The position numbers and the translations under genes are program-made. The notes beneath the pieces were generated by a model that did no database searches, was not told the origin of the DNA, and saw nothing but the letters and a program-made list of their open reading frames with translations. Positions 60,752 to 64,000 of a stretch of 64,000 bases of DNA are shown one piece after another. The DNA is from Treponema bryantii. Its GTDB lineage: Bacteria > Spirochaetota > Spirochaetia > Treponematales > Treponemataceae. Location of the stretch: NCBI GenBank assembly GCA_015061465.1, contig SUWN01000005.1:1190-65189 (forward strand), written 5' to 3'. Each line of letters begins with the position of its first letter. The first letter of the stretch is position 1.

Positions 60752-61549
60752 ATGAACACAATTAAACCAGTAGAAGAACTGACCTTTACAGATGACTTCA
60801 TGTTTGGCTATGTTTTACGTGACCCAGAAATCTGTAAAACATTATTAGAAACCCTTCTAGGAATTCAAATCGAGCATCTTGAATATCCAGAATTACAAAA
60901 AGCTATCAGCTCATTCTATGAGAGCAAAGGTGTTAGATTAGATGTATATATAAAAGGAAGTAACCGTGTATTTGACATTGAAATACAAAACGATTTTCAA
61001 CTCGCTCTACCTAGAAGAACTCGATATTATCAGTCGATGATAGACATGGATGATTTATTAAAAGGATTAGATTATTCACAATTAAATGATAGTTTTGTAA
61101 TCTTTGTTTGTCAGTTTGACCCTTTCAATGCCGATTTGCCATGTTACACTTTTAAGAATTTATGTTTAGAAAATAAAAACATAGAATTAAGCGATGGAAC
61201 TACAAAAGTAATTTTTAACTCTTCAGCTTACGAGAAGGAAAATAATCTAGAAATTTCTGCATTCTTGAAGTATATTAAAACTAAAGTTCCAACAAGCATT
61301 TTCACAGACAGACTTCATCGGTTAGTTGAAGAACACAAACTTAATAACAAATTCAAAAATGAGTATTTAGCTATGAATTTACATGATAGAGATATTACAC
61401 GTAAGGCTTTTCAAGAAGGTGCTGAACAAACTAAAGTTGAAACAGCAAAAAAATTATTGCTTGAAAAAATTCCTATAGAAATTATTTCAAAAGCAACATC
61501 CCTTCCTCTAGAAAAAATCCAAGAACTCGCATCCGAAGTAACAAAATAA
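60752..61549 (+). CDS. Rpn family nuclease / putative transposase (copy 2)
   Basis: LTFTDDFMF, RLDVYI...DIEIQ, RTRYYQS; highly similar to copy 1. Confidence 0.9.
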   Translation: MNTIKPVEELTFTDDFMFGYVLRDPEICKTLLETLLGIQIEHLEYPELQKAISSFYESKGVRLDVYIKGSNRVFDIEIQNDFQLALPRRTRYYQSMIDMDDLLKGLDYSQLNDSFVIFVCQFDPFNADLPCYTFKNLCLENKNIELSDGTTKVIFNSSAYEKENNLEISAFLKYIKTKVPTSIFTDRLHRLVEEHKLNNKFKNEYLAMNLHDRDITRKAFQEGAEQTKVETAKKLLLEKIPIEIISKATSLPLEKIQELASEVTK

Positions 61550-61710
61550 GTTTGTCTCGCTCATCGCCCTAACTCATGCGGTTGGTGAGCGGAATCAACC
61601 CCATCCTCTCAACATCCTCTTTTACAGAAATTACGTTAGTAATTTCGAATCCGCGTGGCAATTCCTTTCTTGCAAAACAATTTTTACAAAAAAATCTCAC
61701 TTTTTTCTCC

Positions 61711-61754
61711 AAAAATGGTCCGAAAAAATCTTTTTTGAACATATTAACTATAGG
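61711..61754 (+). promoter_or_regulatory. Conserved 44-bp motif upstream of Rpn copy 3
   Basis: Identical to 18442-18485. Confidence 0.75.
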
Positions 61755-61759
61755 GGGAA

Positions 61760-61798
61760 AATTCAGAATTCAGAATTCGGAATTCAGAATTCTGAATT
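61760..61798. repeat. Palindromic heptamer array in the Rpn copy 3 leader
   Basis: aattcag aattcag aattcgg aattcag aattctg aatt (one unit more than in copy 2). Confidence 0.8.
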
Positions 61799-61838
61799 AT
61801 TGAGAAATATTTTTTATAAAAAGAGAGGATTTTTTTTT

Positions 61839-62672
61839 ATGACATTTAAACCGATTGAAGAATTAACATTGGCAGACAACTTTATGTTTTGCCACACAAT
61901 GAAAAATGAGGAACTTTGTAAGGAGCTTCTAGAAAAGTTATTGCATATCAAAATCGACCATATCGTCTATCCAGAACTTGAAAAAGAGCTTACAGCTTAT
62001 TACGAATCAAAAAGTGTAAGATTAGACGTTTATGTAAAAGATTCGGATAAAGTTTACGACATCGAAATGCAGAATCAGCCATCAACTTTCCTTCCGTTAC
62101 GTACAAGATATTATCAATCAATGATAGATGTTGATAATCTGTTAAAAGGTGAAGATTACAGCAATCTAAAAGAAAGTTTTATAATTTTCATATGCACATT
62201 CGACCCTTTCAATCATGAACTTCCTTGTTACACATTTAAAAGCATTTGTAAAGAAAACTCAAATATTGAACTTAAGGACAAAACAAGTAAGATTATTTTT
62301 AATTCGACAGCATATGACAAAGAAAAAGATGTAGAAATTTCTGCTTTCTTAAAGTATATTAAAACTCAGGAAGCAACAGACGATTTTACTAACAGATTAA
62401 AAACTTTTGTGGAAAAAGCTAAACACAATAAAGAATTACGGAGTTATTATTTAAGTATGAATATTCATGATAGCGATATTAGAAGAGTTGCTTTTCAAGA
62501 GGGCGAAGCTTTTGGTATCGAAAAGGGGATTTCCGAAGGTGCAGAACAAAAAGCTATTGAAACCGCAAAAAATCTTTTGACAATGAATCTATCGTTGGAA
62601 CAAATTGCTCTAGCAACTTCCCTTCCCCTAGAAAAAATCCAAGAACTTGAACAAGAAATCAAACAACAATAA
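61839..62672 (+). CDS. Rpn family nuclease / putative transposase (copy 3)
   Basis: LTLADNFMF, RLDVYV...DIEMQ, RTRYYQS; ATG 61839 follows a GAGG SD. Confidence 0.9.
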   Translation: MTFKPIEELTLADNFMFCHTMKNEELCKELLEKLLHIKIDHIVYPELEKELTAYYESKSVRLDVYVKDSDKVYDIEMQNQPSTFLPLRTRYYQSMIDVDNLLKGEDYSNLKESFIIFICTFDPFNHELPCYTFKSICKENSNIELKDKTSKIIFNSTAYDKEKDVEISAFLKYIKTQEATDDFTNRLKTFVEKAKHNKELRSYYLSMNIHDSDIRRVAFQEGEAFGIEKGISEGAEQKAIETAKNLLTMNLSLEQIALATSLPLEKIQELEQEIKQQ

Positions 62673-62834
62673 CTCGACCGAACCAATTTTGTTTTAACAA
62701 AACCAGAGTTGTAGGAATCATTAATTGACGGTAGAAAAGAAATTTTCTCCTGCGACAATATTATTGTATCTAATACGGAATTGCATTGTTTATATTTTCA
62801 TATTATATTTTAAGCAAAATTATGCGGAGGCACT

Positions 62835-63614
62835 ATGAAACGAAAATCTTTAATTTTACTTGTTAGCACTGTAATTTGTGCTTTATTTTTAGGATGTAAG
62901 GAGGAAAACGTATCTGGTATGTGGAAAATTAATTCTTTACAAAAAGATGGTATTTCACAAGAAATTTGTGATATTGAAATTCAACTCGACCAAATTAATA
63001 ATGTAATTTCTGCAGCAGGAAATGCTGGTGTAAATAATTTTACTGGTGAATTTATCTTGAATAACAACGGTTCAATTTCTGTAAATAATCTTGCAAGTAC
63101 AAAAATGATGGGAAGTCCAGAAGCAATGGAATTCGAAAACACATTTATAGAATTATTAAACGGACTTTCTTCTGCAAAAATCAAAGATGAAAAACTCATT
63201 TTAGAAAATAAAAATGCAAATCTAAAAGCAGAATTTTCTAAAGTTGTTCAATATGACCAACCAACCGTAACTACAACACTAAATTCTTTTTATGATACTA
63301 AATGGATTGTTTCTTCTGTCAATGGTTTAGATTCTTTAGGAACAAATGAATTATACATCATCCTTTCTGAAGAAGAATTGTCTGCCTTTACTGGAATAAA
63401 TCAGATTATAGCTCCTTTTGGTTACAATAAAGACGACAACTCTATTTATATTGGAGAAGGTGCTGCAACTTTGGCGCTAGGTTCTGATGAAGAAAACCAT
63501 ATTGAAGCTAACTTCTTACAAAATTTGTACAACAGCCAAAAAATCGAATTAAATAAAAATACACTTCTATTAAAAGACGCAAACGACAACGTTTTAATCA
63601 CTTTAAAAAAATAA
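62835..63614 (+). CDS. META (HslJ-like) domain lipoprotein, probably two META domains
   Basis: Lipobox FLGC, GNAGVNNFTG, ASTKMMG...E..F; second copy FTGINQ...ATLALG; GGAGG SD. Confidence 0.82.
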   Translation: MKRKSLILLVSTVICALFLGCKEENVSGMWKINSLQKDGISQEICDIEIQLDQINNVISAAGNAGVNNFTGEFILNNNGSISVNNLASTKMMGSPEAMEFENTFIELLNGLSSAKIKDEKLILENKNANLKAEFSKVVQYDQPTVTTTLNSFYDTKWIVSSVNGLDSLGTNELYIILSEEELSAFTGINQIIAPFGYNKDDNSIYIGEGAATLALGSDEENHIEANFLQNLYNSQKIELNKNTLLLKDANDNVLITLKK

Positions 63615-63620
63615 AACTTT

Positions 63621-64000
63621 ATGTTGTTGCGTAAAATCAAACCGCAAGATGATGCCGAGTTATTTTTGTTAATTCGGCATTGTTTAAAAGATGCAAATCT
63701 TGATATTCCCGGCACTGCTTATTTTGATGAATCTATAAAAAAAATGAGTGAATTTTATTTGAATAATAATAGTCGGGAATATTTTGTTTTAACTGATGAA
63801 AAAGACAATGTGATTGGAGGGGCGGGCTTTGCTGAATTTAATAATAGCAATCAAATTGCAGAATTACAAAAATTGTACATAAATCCAAAGTTCAGAGGCA
63901 AAAAACTCAGCTACATTCTCATTCAAAAAGTGGAAGAAGAAGCAAAAAAATATGGTTATAAATCACTTTATTTAGAAACTCATCACAACTTACAAATTGC
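63621..64000 (+). CDS. GNAT family N-acetyltransferase (runs off the window end; absent from the ORF track)
   Basis: Manual translation MLLRKIKPQDDAEL...PGTAYFD...VIGGAG...AELQKLYINPKFRGKKLS...GYKSLYLETHHNL. Confidence 0.88.
   Translation, partial: MLLRKIKPQDDAELFLLIRHCLKDANLDIPGTAYFDESIKKMSEFYLNNNSREYFVLTDEKDNVIGGAGFAEFNNSNQIAELQKLYINPKFRGKKLSYILIQKVEEEAKKYGYKSLYLETHHNLQI

Noticed and set aside
61569-61742. 57-aa antisense ORF starting inside the conserved Rpn motif, as a conserved small protein
   Set aside because: The equivalent frame stops after 11 codons in copy 1 and after 4 codons in copy 2.
61576-61803. 75-aa plus-strand ORF between Rpn copies
   Set aside because: It runs through the regulatory motif and heptamer array (FRIQNSEFRI), has no SD, and is probably spurious.
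62698-62756. Possible stem gttgtagga/tcctgcgac after Rpn copy 3
   Set aside because: Large loop, two G-U pairs, no U-tract, and not shared with the other copies.
340-63715. The many 60-170 aa ORFs overlapping confident genes in other frames or strands
   Set aside because: No motifs or SDs; expected by chance, and the overlapped genes are well supported.

Overview
AT-rich bacterial chromosomal window, most likely a gut or rumen Treponema (spirochete). This assignment is inferred from a clade-X ATP-PFK, stand-alone groES, a PilZ protein, several Rpn paralogs and a giant FlgD-Ig surface protein. Most of the window is housekeeping and carbohydrate-use genes: glpK, GH2, gltX, a thiamine ABC transporter with a TPP riboswitch, thrH, pfkA, galK, pta, GH13, mntP with a yybP-ykoY riboswitch, lemA/TPM/YccA, GH43, an esterase, malQ, a sugar ABC transporter and groES. 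The most interesting accessory features are: (1) an atypical winged-helix DNA methyltransferase (DHPW motif) paired with a DpnI-like methylation-dependent nuclease; (2) three Rpn/PD-(D/E)XK genes, each preceded by the same 44-bp motif, associated with 7-bp tandem repeats, mosaic in sequence and carrying a conserved internal Met (candidate intragenic antitoxin); (3) a 17-kb, ~5650-aa modular secreted protein with near-identical internal DNA repeats; (4) a TPP riboswitch with an extra hairpin; (5) at least seven genes with apparent leaderless promoter geometry; (6) several GC-rich structured intergenic elements. All calls were made by eye from motifs; no database searches were run.
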